IMG/VR virus record: IMGVR_UViG_3300025466_000012
Coordinates: 32,001 to 96,000 of that record
Source: a virus
DNA length: 64,000 bases
Direction: 5' to 3' (one strand)
Shown: one piece after another, positions 19,218-28,972 of the stretch
Layout of the letters: each line of letters begins with the position of its first letter
Numbering within the stretch: the first letter of the stretch is position 1
Made by a program: the position numbers and the translations under genes
The notes under the pieces: model-generated
Told to the model about the DNA's origin: nothing
The model's input: only the letters and a program-made list of their open reading frames with translations
Database searches by the model: none

Positions 19218-19243
19218 ACAGGCCTTTCGGGGCCTGTTTTTTT
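19218..19243 (+). terminator. Rho-independent terminator with a TTCG loop
   Basis: ACAGGCCT-TTCG-GGGCCTGT followed by a T tract. Confidence 0.85.
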
Positions 19244-19277
19244 GATTTTGTCACTATAAGTGTGTTATACTAAATCT

Positions 19278-20294
19278 ATGCGAACAGCCAAAATAATAGT
19301 GCGTGACGAAGTCAATATCAAAATTGAAGGACTTGAGTTAGACGCAAGACGGGCCTTGGTCCGAGCTTTTGAATATGATGTGCCTGGTGCCAGATACTTG
19401 CCAGCAGTTAGACTGGGCCGTTGGAACGGCAAGACCAGCTACTTCCAGTTAGGAGGTAGTAGCTATGTGAATCTTTTACCCGAGATCGTGCCCATACTCG
19501 AGCAGTTCAATTACGATATCGAGCTGGATGACCAACGCGAATACTCAACCACTTTTGAATTTGCGCAAGTACACGAAAACAGTTTTGCACACATAGCTTG
19601 GCCCAAGGGACATCCTTCAGAAGGTGAACCCATGCAGTTACGGGATTATCAGGTCAGCATAATCAACGATTTTTTGATCAATCCACAATGCATACAGGAG
19701 ATAGCTACCGGTGCCGGCAAGACCGTGATAACTGCTGCACTATCAAACGCAGTGGCACCACTAGGGCGTACCATAGTTATTGTGCCCAACAAGAGCTTGG
19801 TCACACAGACCGAACGAGACTACATCAACATGCAACAGGATGTGGGTGTGTACTTTGGCGACAGAAAAGAATGGGGTCGGCAACACACTATCTGTACCTG
19901 GCAAAGCCTCAATGTGTTGTTAAAGAATACCAAGTCAGGTGTGGGTGATTGCACCATTGGCGAGTTCCTGGAAGATGTGGTGTGTGTGATTGTAGACGAA
20001 TGTTTTGCTGGAGATAGTAAAGTGCTGACTCCGGATGGATATAGGCAGATCAAAGATATTAAATCGGGCGATAAAGTTATTAACTATTCTGAGACTACCA
20101 AAGAGTTTAAAGTAGATACTGTAGTTAAACAGCATAAGAACCTGACAAATTCTGCTAGCGAAACTATGTTTGAATTAGAATTTGATAATGGCAACCAAAT
20201 ACAAGTCACAGGTAATCATAAGTTTCTTACTGATCGAGGCTGGGTCCGGGCAGATGCACTGACAGAAGAGCACGAAATTATTAATAAAACATAA
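19278..20294 (+). CDS. uvsW: UvsW-like SF2 helicase, N-terminal part fused to the N-half of a split intein
   Basis: Motifs LRDYQ, IATGAGKT and IVPNKSLV, then IVDE followed by Hint block A CFAGDSKV and block B TGNHKF, then a stop codon. Confidence 0.92.
   Translation: MRTAKIIVRDEVNIKIEGLELDARRALVRAFEYDVPGARYLPAVRLGRWNGKTSYFQLGGSSYVNLLPEIVPILEQFNYDIELDDQREYSTTFEFAQVHENSFAHIAWPKGHPSEGEPMQLRDYQVSIINDFLINPQCIQEIATGAGKTVITAALSNAVAPLGRTIVIVPNKSLVTQTERDYINMQQDVGVYFGDRKEWGRQHTICTWQSLNVLLKNTKSGVGDCTIGEFLEDVVCVIVDECFAGDSKVLTPDGYRQIKDIKSGDKVINYSETTKEFKVDTVVKQHKNLTNSASETMFELEFDNGNQIQVTGNHKFLTDRGWVRADALTEEHEIINKT
20001..20291 (+). mobile_element. Split intein, N-fragment (97 aa)
   Basis: Starts at Cys1; IKDIKSGDKV and TxxH motifs; ends at a stop codon. 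Confidence 0.9.
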
Positions 20295-20321
20295 ATACAT
20301 ATAACTAAAGCAGAGGTATTT

Positions 20322-21233
20322 ATGAAGAAAACAGCAGATCAGATGATGAAAATTATTAATAACAGATTAACAGAATATAGCCAACACACCAGAGTAGTTG
20401 AGTGGTCGGGTAAGAATATTATGTTATCAACCGGTAAAATATTAACAAATTCCGACAGGGCAAGATTTATAAAACGAATCATGAATACAAAAACTGATCT
20501 ATGGTGTCGTTGCATGGACAGATTGATAAGCGGTGAGATAACAGAACCTGAAATTAAATCCAAGTTATCTGCAATCGGTGGTACCGCAGTCCAGAAAAAA
20601 CACGGTAATACTATCAAAAAAAATCTTAATACCGGCATTCCCTGGAATGCCGGAACTAGAGGACAGAACATAGGTACCCGCGGAGCCCGAACACAAATAG
20701 TTAAAGATAAAATTAGTGTAAAAAATTCTGGGAGCAACAATGGAATGTACGGGGTTAGGTTGTCAGACTTGGACAAAAAAACAAAGTCTGAAATAATGAA
20801 ACAAAAAATATTGTCGGGTGAATTTACCCCAAACAGTAATAACAGAAATACACATTGGGAATCAACATTTGCTGGTAAATCATACCGGTCTAGTTGGGAG
20901 GCATTATATCAATATTTTAATAAAGATGCCGAATACGAAAAACTAAGAATCAAATATAATATTAACAATACAACAAAAATTTATATTGTTGATTTCGTAG
21001 ATTATATCAACCGGCAAGTTATAGAAGTTAAACCTCGAGAGCTATGTACTGGAGAAAAATTTCAAGCCAAACTAACTGCATTGACCGCCTGGGCAGAATT
21101 AAACAAATATGCGTTGATAATAGCAGACAAAGAATGGTTTCAATTACAAAATAACAATATAGATTATACAAAATTTGATGATAGTACTGCACGAAAAATA
21201 AAAGAACTATATGAAACTAATAAAAAGAACTGA
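20322..21233 (+). mobile_element. Free-standing putative homing endonuclease (NUMOD-like segments plus PD-(D/E)XK/TnsA-like domain)
   Basis: KNSGSNNGMYG; YRSSWE...YIVDF...IEVKP; AT-rich; lies between the two intein halves. Confidence 0.75.
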
Positions 21234-21315
21234 AATCCTCAAACCACTCGAAGTGTTTAATTTGCACATAGAAAACGATCACAATTACATTGTGGATGGT
21301 GCAGTGGTATCAAAT
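21211..21315 (+). mobile_element. Split intein, C-fragment (35 aa)
   Basis: Block F VFNLHIENDHNY; terminal Ser-Asn; +1 residue is Cys. Confidence 0.9.
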
Positions 21316-22053
21316 TGCCACATGGCCAAGGCCGATGCACTCAAAACACTCCTGACCGGCGTAATGAGTCGTATTCCCATCCGTTGGGGATTAACAGGAA
21401 CTATTCCCAAAGAACCATTCGAGTCGCAGGCCTTGAAGTGTAGTCTAGGACCAGTGATCAATCAGCTTACCGCCAGCGAATTGCAAGACCGTGGTGTGCT
21501 GGCCCAGTGTCATGTGAACATAGTACAACTGGTGGACCATGCCGAGTTTGCCAACTATCAAAGCGAACTGAAATTTTTGCTAGAAGAATCTGGACGTCTA
21601 GATGCCATGGCCAGTTTGATACGTCAGGTAAATGAAACCGGCAATACCCTGGTTCTGGTGGACCGGATCGCAGCCGGACAAGGACTTTTAGAACGTTTGG
21701 GCAACGGGGCTGTCATGGTATCGGGTGCGACCAAGGCCCAGGCCCGACAGGACGAATACGACGAAGTGGCCGATGCCACCGGCAAGATTATCGTGGCCAC
21801 ATACGGTGTTGCAGCCGTAGGTATCAACATACCCAGGATCTTTAATCTGGTCTTGGTCGAGCCTGGCAAGAGCTTTGTGCGGGTGATCCAGAGCATTGGT
21901 CGTGGCATCAGGAAAGCCGAAGACAAGGATCATGTTGAAATCTGGGACATAACCAGCACCTGCAAGTTTGCCAAGCGACACTTGACCAAACGCAAACAGT
22001 TTTATAAAGAGGCCAAGTACAATTTCACACAGGAGAAATTGGAGTGGAAATAA
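21211..22053 (+). CDS. uvsW: Split intein C-half (35 aa) fused to the C-terminal part of the UvsW-like helicase
   Basis: VFNLHIENDHNYIVDGAVVSN followed by CHMAK; helicase motifs WGLTGT, YGVAAVGINIP and QSIGRGIR. Confidence 0.92.
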   Translation: MKLIKRTEILKPLEVFNLHIENDHNYIVDGAVVSNCHMAKADALKTLLTGVMSRIPIRWGLTGTIPKEPFESQALKCSLGPVINQLTASELQDRGVLAQCHVNIVQLVDHAEFANYQSELKFLLEESGRLDAMASLIRQVNETGNTLVLVDRIAAGQGLLERLGNGAVMVSGATKAQARQDEYDEVADATGKIIVATYGVAAVGINIPRIFNLVLVEPGKSFVRVIQSIGRGIRKAEDKDHVEIWDITSTCKFAKRHLTKRKQFYKEAKYNFTQEKLEWK

Positions 22054-22092
22054 AAGGTCGTGCTGACTCGCAACATGTGCTATACTGAACAT

Positions 22093-22596
22093 ATGAAAAT
22101 ATTAACACTAGACCAAAACCAATCATTCGATCTTGATCATCTGCCTGAAGAAGTGGATGACATGAGATTTGCCATCCTGGACAACAGCAGTCCGTCCGAT
22201 CCTGACTATCACTACATACCCTTGATCTTTCTTGAAAGTTTTACTGCTCCGGCCTTGGTACTACGCATTGGCGAAAATCGTGTGCGCATGCCCATGGACT
22301 GGCAGATCTTGATCGGTGAACCCGACCTGGGCGACCTTGAAGTGTTGCCGCTCACGGCCATCAATGATCGGGGATTCAAGGCCTTCCAGTTCAATCCTAT
22401 CAGCAGTTTCAGGCCCAGTTTCCTGGACATCGAGATACTGGATGTGTATCAGGAAGTGACCTGGTATGCGCCCAAGCTGAAAAATGGCCAGATGTTGTGT
22501 GTGCCGGTTGCCGAGGGCGAACGCCCGGACTGTGTGTACTTTGTCAAGGACATCAGTCGCAACTGCGAAATAGTTGATTACAATAAAGCCTGGTAA
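22093..22596 (+). CDS. Hypothetical protein downstream of uvsW
   Basis: Intact ORF with phage-typical codon usage; preceded by GTGCTATACT, a -10-like motif. Confidence 0.65.
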   Translation: MKILTLDQNQSFDLDHLPEEVDDMRFAILDNSSPSDPDYHYIPLIFLESFTAPALVLRIGENRVRMPMDWQILIGEPDLGDLEVLPLTAINDRGFKAFQFNPISSFRPSFLDIEILDVYQEVTWYAPKLKNGQMLCVPVAEGERPDCVYFVKDISRNCEIVDYNKAW

Positions 22597-22597
22597 C

Positions 22598-22894
22598 ATG
22601 GGAAATTTAAAACCTGGCGCAACCCTTATATACGAGCGTGTGGGCGATGTGGTCTATGAGCGAGAGTTCGGTGCCGATCCAGCCAAGCGGCGGGTGGTGG
22701 GTTGGGATCATGTCATGGATCCCACCTATGATCATTATGATCCCAGAACAAAGATCGACTCTGCGATAGATCGTCTGAGACAGGACCGGCTATGGGGAGA
22801 AATTCGGCGAGCCGCACAAGAAAATACCGCACTGCGAGATGTGTTGGATCAAGCCGTGGCAATATATCAATTGAGCAGGCCCAATGACAGATAA
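22598..22894 (+). CDS. Hypothetical protein
   Basis: ORF starts immediately after the previous stop codon. Confidence 0.6.
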   Translation: MGNLKPGATLIYERVGDVVYEREFGADPAKRRVVGWDHVMDPTYDHYDPRTKIDSAIDRLRQDRLWGEIRRAAQENTALRDVLDQAVAIYQLSRPNDR

Positions 22895-23789
22895 AGTCAC
22901 GATTGAGATACACTCAGAAGGCGATGTATGGACCAATCGTGACAGCGTGATACAGCAATTGGGTACGGTCTCGGTTGATCAAGTGGTAATCATACATACC
23001 AGATTTGAAGGAATCAGTCTTGCAGCCTCCGGAGTGCTGGCAGTGTTGGGCGACTGGGTAGCGTCGACCGGGCGTGATCCCAGTACTGTGAAGGTCAATA
23101 CTCCCAATCAGTACGAAACAATACCTTATCAGTTTGAAAATAACCCAACAGTTCCACACTTTTTCAAACCCAGCCTGCTAAAATACCACCGTGCATGTAC
23201 CGCGATTGATCCTGACGCATCGTTGTTTGGACTGTTTGTTGGCAGATATACTGCCATGCGCAACACCATGGCCCGAGACATGCTCCATGGCTATTCGGAT
23301 CATACTGTCATCAGCGTGATGAATACTCCTAGATTGGGAGCAACCAACTGGTGGGATCCCGAAGTGGAACAGATCGGATCTTTAGACAATTTCGATCTGA
23401 TGGATCATTACAATCATGTGGCCGATATCAGCCAGAGTCTATTACAGTTCTACGATCGTTTCCAGATTGAAATTGTGTCCGAAACTGTTACTCTAGGCGA
23501 TTCATTTTTTCCTACCGAAAAGACCATACGTCCTATCGTGGGATCCAAACCATTCTTGTCTTATGCCACCCGAGGTTTCTTGTCTCGGTTGCGAGATCTT
23601 GGATTCCAGACTTTTGATAAATTATGGTCTGAGCACTACGATCAACTTGAAGGTGCTGACCGCTGGCATCAGATCAAGATAGTCATAGACAGCATAATTG
23701 AGCAAGGGTACGATCGCAATCTGGCCAACAAGATAGTACAATACAACTATGCTCATCAAAAAACAATAACCAATAGTAGACATGGATAA
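22884..23789 (+). CDS. Glycosyltransferase-like protein (paralog family with 59599 and 62636)
   Basis: Shared motif series IVSET, PTEKTIRPI, PF, LRDLGFQTF and YD. Confidence 0.45.
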   Translation: MTDKVTIEIHSEGDVWTNRDSVIQQLGTVSVDQVVIIHTRFEGISLAASGVLAVLGDWVASTGRDPSTVKVNTPNQYETIPYQFENNPTVPHFFKPSLLKYHRACTAIDPDASLFGLFVGRYTAMRNTMARDMLHGYSDHTVISVMNTPRLGATNWWDPEVEQIGSLDNFDLMDHYNHVADISQSLLQFYDRFQIEIVSETVTLGDSFFPTEKTIRPIVGSKPFLSYATRGFLSRLRDLGFQTFDKLWSEHYDQLEGADRWHQIKIVIDSIIEQGYDRNLANKIVQYNYAHQKTITNSRHG

Positions 23790-24234
23790 ACTCTCAATAG
23801 CCAACGAGATGGCACAATTTGACAGCAAGAATAGACAGTTCTATGACCAGCTCGCAGACGACGAGCAAAAAAAATTCAGCTCGTTTCTCATGATCAGGTG
23901 GGGCAGCACCGTGGCCGGCAGTCGGGCTCTACAAGAATTCTATCTTATTGCTACCAATCGGTTGCTGAACCGCAAATTTTCTGAAATAAGCACAGCCAAG
24001 CACAAAAAACTACAGTGGTTATTGGCCACCACAATAAGTCCAGGCATGGGCAATCAACGCCACGTCTGGATAGCGCCACGCAAGAAAACAGCCGGTGCCG
24101 GAACCATACGCAAGCAGTTGGCTGAACTGTTTCCTGACCGTCGTGATGACGAACTGGATTTATTGGCCCAGATAACCACCCAGGCCGAACTGGATATATA
24201 CTTGCGCGAACTAGGACAGGAGAAGAAAAAATGA
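23782..24234 (+). CDS. Possible clamp loader small subunit (gp62-like)
   Basis: FSSFLMIRWGS and HKKLQWL segments; size and position in the replication cluster. Assignment is by resemblance. Confidence 0.45.
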   Translation: MDKLSIANEMAQFDSKNRQFYDQLADDEQKKFSSFLMIRWGSTVAGSRALQEFYLIATNRLLNRKFSEISTAKHKKLQWLLATTISPGMGNQRHVWIAPRKKTAGAGTIRKQLAELFPDRRDDELDLLAQITTQAELDIYLRELGQEKKK

Positions 24235-24446
24235 TGGGATTTTTTAGACAAAAGCAGGTGGCCAAGGCACCAGCATACAAGGCCATCACGTTTGGCGGCT
24301 GGCGCTACACACCACAACCAGATATCACTGCTTATGAACTGAGCCTCCTGGCTCCAGTGTTTGGCAACATCATGCACAGACAAGATATCAAACCCTACAT
24401 CGAACAAAACAACCTTGTCAGACATTTCCAAATAGACGCCCAGTGA
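24231..24446 (+). CDS. Hypothetical protein
   Basis: 71-aa ORF overlapping both neighbours by 4 nt. Confidence 0.55.
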   Translation: MMGFFRQKQVAKAPAYKAITFGGWRYTPQPDITAYELSLLAPVFGNIMHRQDIKPYIEQNNLVRHFQIDAQ

Positions 24447-25114
24447 ACGTTTGTCAGTATTGCAAAAAACAATTTGTCAAGGAAACCAGCCTGGCTGTGC
24501 ATGTGTGCGAGCCAAGACGCCGCAGACAGCAGCAGGATGAACCCGGAGTGAGATTGGGTTTCCAGGCCTACATCAAGTTCTACGAAATGACCCAAGGGTC
24601 GGCCCGACTCAAAAGCTACGATGATTTTGCCGACAGCCCGTATTATCGTGCCTTTGTCAAGTTTGGTCGATACTGTGTGGATACTCGGGTGATCAATCCT
24701 GAGCAGTTCATGCGATGGGTGCTCAAACAAAACAAAAAAATCGATCACTGGTGCAGCGACTCTGTGTACACTGAATATCTCAGCCAATATCTTGTGCTGG
24801 AGAATGTGAACGATGCCATGGCACGAGCCATGGAATATGGACTGGCCTGGAGCGAGCGAACTGGCTATCCAGCTCATCACTGCCTGATGCATGGCAATGC
24901 CAATACCACTGTGCATGCTATCACAGCTGGACGAGTCAGTGCCTGGATCATATACAACTGTGCCAGTGGTCAGGAGTTCCTGGGCAATCTGGATAGCAGT
25001 CAGTTGACCATGATCTGGCCCTACATTGATTCGGATACATGGATGAAACGATTTGCAGATTATCCGGCCGATCAGGCCTATGTGAAAGAAATGCTACAGA
25101 AAGCCGGTTGGTGA
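24443..25114 (+). CDS. Hypothetical protein with N-terminal Zn-finger-like motif
   Basis: CQYC-x12-HVC motif; translationally coupled to the DnaE-like gene. Confidence 0.65.
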   Translation: MNVCQYCKKQFVKETSLAVHVCEPRRRRQQQDEPGVRLGFQAYIKFYEMTQGSARLKSYDDFADSPYYRAFVKFGRYCVDTRVINPEQFMRWVLKQNKKIDHWCSDSVYTEYLSQYLVLENVNDAMARAMEYGLAWSERTGYPAHHCLMHGNANTTVHAITAGRVSAWIIYNCASGQEFLGNLDSSQLTMIWPYIDSDTWMKRFADYPADQAYVKEMLQKAGW

Positions 25115-25680
25115 TGAGCGCAGATATTGACATTGACCTAGCAGATAGAGATCAATTATTACAGTTGATCCAGGCAACACCAGCACGTCAAATGCATCAA
25201 GGTCAAGTGCGTAGACATAATAGCGGTGTGTATGTCACAGACATACCTCGTGATCCGATTAATCAGTGTGCGGCCATAGACTATGCGACAGCAGAATCGC
25301 GTGGTTATTTCAAGATCGATCTGCTGAATATGACTGTGTATCAACTGTTGAAAGATCAGGCACACTACGACAGCATGTTGTCGCTAGAACCCAATTGGTC
25401 TCGCTTGTGGCGTGATCCTGAATGGGCTGGCCAATTGGTGCATGTGGGTAACTATACCGCGTTGCTGGAGCACATGAGACCCGATTCGATACCCCGTATG
25501 GCTGCTTTTATTAGTATTATTAGACCGGGTAAAGCGCATTTACAGAATCAGCCCTGGGATCGAGTGTTTGAGTCAGTATGGGACGGTGATGATTCCAAGG
25601 GATTTGTATTCAAACGTAGCCACGCAATTTCTTATAGTGCGTTGGTTGCCCTGCATATGAATATCCTTTCAGAAAAATAA
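25114..25680 (+). CDS. dnaE: Miniature C-family (DnaE/Pol III alpha-like) polymerase core, 188 aa
   Basis: DIDID, HNSG, YFKIDLLN, IIRPG and FKRSHAISY occur in the same order as in DnaE. Confidence 0.75.
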   Translation: MSADIDIDLADRDQLLQLIQATPARQMHQGQVRRHNSGVYVTDIPRDPINQCAAIDYATAESRGYFKIDLLNMTVYQLLKDQAHYDSMLSLEPNWSRLWRDPEWAGQLVHVGNYTALLEHMRPDSIPRMAAFISIIRPGKAHLQNQPWDRVFESVWDGDDSKGFVFKRSHAISYSALVALHMNILSEK

Positions 25681-25722
25681 CGCAATGGCTTTTTTTAAAT
25701 AAATACTCGTATGGAGGTTTAT

Positions 25723-26397
25723 ATGGGAAGACCCAAAGGTAGTTTAAGCAAAATATCAAAAATACAATATCCACGCAAATGCAATCATTGCGAGTATATG
25801 TCAAACACTCCGCAGATGTATTTTTATCACAAACAAACACACGAGCCAATACCTGCTAATACGTATTGCCATTTTGGTTGCGGCAATGTTGCGTTAGTTA
25901 AAAACACAGGAGGAAAATATACTTGTTTTAAAAAATGGTCTAATTGCCCTGAATATATCAACCAATTGTCATCAAGAACAAAGAACAGTTGGAAAGATGC
26001 AGATAACCGAAAAGAAAAAACCAGAGAAACTTTTTTACAACATTGTTGTGGTCAACCAGGTCCGCTTGCTAAAATGAAAAAAACTAAAAGAAAAAAATCT
26101 GGATTACTTACGCCGTTGATTGCAAAAGATTATCGTCACTATGCAAGAGCTATACGAAAAAAAGCACAACACTGGGCAAAGGAGCAAGGATATGTATTAG
26201 GACAACAAACATATCATGTTGATCATAAGTTTAGTATTCTGGATGCATGGCACGCTGATTTAGCAGAAGCAATCGTAAATCATCCATCAAACTTACAAAT
26301 TTTAGATGCAAAATTAAATAGCGGAAAAGGATCAAAGAGTAGTATCACCCTTGAAGAATTATTGTACAATATCAGTCAAGCCGACGCACCAGCGTGA
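25723..26397 (+). mobile_element. Free-standing HNH homing endonuclease-like gene
   Basis: YHVDHKFS...HPSNLQIL...N..K; Cys-rich N-terminus; AT-rich; GGAGG RBS; upstream ATAAATA. Confidence 0.75.
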
Positions 26398-26749
26398 TGC
26401 TTTTACGTTTGGTTTTTTTGCGTGCTATTTCGGCCAGACTGCATACAGGACCGTGTAGCACTGTAAGATCTTTGTTGATGAATGTTCTTAGACTGGGGCG
26501 GAACGGCTCCCATTCGGTCTTGAGGAATATGTTGATGGGAACACTTCGGTTGCTTTCCCACCACCATACATTGGCCAGTTCTAAAAATTTCTTTTTTTGT
26601 TCTAGATCCTGTATGGCACCAAAGTCATATATGGTGGTCACGACATCGTCTTGATTTTGTATGATGCCCACATACTCGTTGGTGGCATACACGCACAAAG
26701 TTATAAAAGGGTATTTTTCGGCCAGCTGCGCAAAGATGTCGTTACCCAT
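26372..26749 (-). CDS. Hypothetical protein
   Basis: 125-aa ORF on the minus strand with upstream GTAAATA on that strand (26776-82). Confidence 0.7.
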   Translation of the reverse strand: MGNDIFAQLAEKYPFITLCVYATNEYVGIIQNQDDVVTTIYDFGAIQDLEQKKKFLELANVWWWESNRSVPINIFLKTEWEPFRPSLRTFINKDLTVLHGPVCSLAEIARKKTKRKSITLVRRLD

Positions 26750-26836
26750 AAATATCGTATAAATCTATCATGAGATATTTACCAAATTGCAACCATACCC
26801 AAATCATTGCCAACCCACCACTGATAAATAACATGC

Positions 26837-27988
26837 ATGTACTCAACACAACTATATCTTTATCAGCAGATCACCCAGGTCGTGTGCTTGGACGACTCCG
26901 ACAGTGCTGCATTTTCCTACAGGTATAATCCAGTGTACGCCAAGGTCCTGACCATAAACAAAGGTGTTGACAATGTGCTGTTGTTTGAGTTCATCAACCA
27001 AAACGAAAAACCGGTCAACATAACCGGTAGCACATTTATTTTTCGCGTGATCAATACCCAAGGCGACACTGTGTTGATCGAACAGCCTTTGGTTACATTG
27101 AATGCAGCCACCGGCCGTGCCAAGGTCACCCTGTCGGCTTCGGACCTACTGGAAGTGTTGGCACAGCCTGCATACTACAGCCTGACTCGCACCAGTGGCA
27201 ATCTCACTGAACCGGTTTTTGTTGATGCACAATCAGGCGGTCGTGCACCATTGACTATTGCGGATTCGGTGTTGCCACAGTATACTCCCAGCCGTCCGCT
27301 TACCATACCCACTACCAAGATTTCTGCACAAGGCAGTCCAGACGGCACCAGCGTGGCCAATGCTTCTTACAACGACTGGTACTGGAACGGTAACCCCAAT
27401 GGCGCCAACTACTGGAACAGTTTTGCCATAACCGAATTTTACAGCAGTTTTGTCAAGCCCACACAGGCCATAACCACGGTACAGATGACTTTGGATCACT
27501 ATACCGGCACTATCAAGGCCCAGGCAGCACAGGACTACGAAGCAGTGCCGTTTAATGTGACTGAAAGTGTCACCTATCTCAACTATACCGGAACCATCTA
27601 CCATAACATCGTAGGCTGGTATCCGCTGGTACGCATGTGTTTTAACAACAGCATATTTGCTGTGCCCAACGGGCAAGGCGTCCCAGCCAACGCCTATGCC
27701 TACTGTGTAAACGGTCAGGTTGAAAGCATCACGATCCAAAATGCCGGTCGCGGCTACCTGGCTCCGCCCAAGATCAACATCATTGGTGAAGGATCGGGTG
27801 CCCAAGCCGAAGCCACCATAGATGACACTGGTGCGATTGCATCAATCACGGTGACCAATCCGGGATCAGGCTATTGGTTGGTGCCCAATGCTGGTATCAA
27901 CACTCCGTATTATCCGGTGGCACCCAACAATCAAGGTGCCATGGTCATAATCAGCACCGGATATGTGGTGGACCTTTTCTATAGATAA
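26837..27988 (+). CDS. Virion structural protein (baseplate or tail-associated)
   Basis: ATAAATA at 26824-30; repeated SITIQNAGRGY / SITVTNPGSGY beta-motifs. Confidence 0.6.
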   Translation: MYSTQLYLYQQITQVVCLDDSDSAAFSYRYNPVYAKVLTINKGVDNVLLFEFINQNEKPVNITGSTFIFRVINTQGDTVLIEQPLVTLNAATGRAKVTLSASDLLEVLAQPAYYSLTRTSGNLTEPVFVDAQSGGRAPLTIADSVLPQYTPSRPLTIPTTKISAQGSPDGTSVANASYNDWYWNGNPNGANYWNSFAITEFYSSFVKPTQAITTVQMTLDHYTGTIKAQAAQDYEAVPFNVTESVTYLNYTGTIYHNIVGWYPLVRMCFNNSIFAVPNGQGVPANAYAYCVNGQVESITIQNAGRGYLAPPKINIIGEGSGAQAEATIDDTGAIASITVTNPGSGYWLVPNAGINTPYYPVAPNNQGAMVIISTGYVVDLFYR

Positions 27989-28015
27989 CTGTGACAAAAC
28001 ATGCTATAATACAGC

Positions 28016-28972
28016 ATGATCGATGTGACTGCCTATCTGCCCGGAAGAATCAAACGCAACAGCTCGGGCTGGATCAACTTCGACGCTCCCTGTTGTATCC
28101 ATAATGGTACATCGGCTGACCACAGGAAACGTGGTGGCCTCAAAGTCCAAGAATCTGATTGGATCTATCATTGTTTCAATTGCGGATTTAGCACCAGCTT
28201 TACTCTAGGTCGCACCCTGACTGTGCGAGCACGTCGCGTGCTGGGGTGGCTCAATGTACCTGCGGAAGAAATTGAGCGCATGAATCTAGAAAGTCTACAG
28301 CATAGGGGTGCACTGGGTATCTTGGATGATCGACGCAACATGATGCAACAGCTCAGCAATATCAGATTTGACGAACATTATCTACCGAATCCAACGCAAC
28401 CCCTTGCTGAGGAGGCTGCTACATATCTGACCCGGCGTGCGATTCCATTGGATTATCCGTTCCTGAGTACCGGTATTGGACGACCTGGCATCATAGTACC
28501 GTTCACTCATGATCAAACAGTGGTGGGTCACTCAGTGAGATTCTTGGACAGCAGGATGCCCAAATATATACAACGCACGCAACCGGGCTATGTATTTGGC
28601 ACAGATCTACAACGCGATGCCTGGCACACAGCCATCGTTGTGGAAGGTGTGTTTGATGCACTCAGCATCGATGGCCTAGCAGTTTTGCATGCCGAAATCA
28701 ATGATGCACAAGTGCGTTTGATACGCAGTCTGGAACGCGACGTGATCGTGGTACCTGATCAAGACCTAGCTGGTATGAGTCTGGTGGATCGTGCAGTAGA
28801 ACTGAACTGGGCTGTCAGCATGCCCGAATGGCCCGCCGGAATCAAGGATGTGAATGATGCAGTAATCTGCATGGGGCGAGTGGCTACCTTGCTAACTATC
28901 ATGCAGTCCCGAGAGCACAATCGAGTCAAAATAGAACTAAGGAAACGACAAATTGTTAAAAGATTACGATAA
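28016..28972 (+). CDS. dnaG: DNA primase (Zn-finger plus TOPRIM)
   Basis: PCCIH...HCFNC zinc site; VVEGVFDA, PDQD and KDVNDA TOPRIM motifs. Confidence 0.88.
   Translation: MIDVTAYLPGRIKRNSSGWINFDAPCCIHNGTSADHRKRGGLKVQESDWIYHCFNCGFSTSFTLGRTLTVRARRVLGWLNVPAEEIERMNLESLQHRGALGILDDRRNMMQQLSNIRFDEHYLPNPTQPLAEEAATYLTRRAIPLDYPFLSTGIGRPGIIVPFTHDQTVVGHSVRFLDSRMPKYIQRTQPGYVFGTDLQRDAWHTAIVVEGVFDALSIDGLAVLHAEINDAQVRLIRSLERDVIVVPDQDLAGMSLVDRAVELNWAVSMPEWPAGIKDVNDAVICMGRVATLLTIMQSREHNRVKIELRKRQIVKRLR

Noticed and set aside
20294-20322. Frameshifted or mis-sequenced cis-intein as the explanation for the uvsW break
   Set aside because: The middle ORF has its own RBS, start codon and late-promoter hairpin, and both intein halves have the lengths typical of natural split inteins. 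Read-level confirmation is still advisable.
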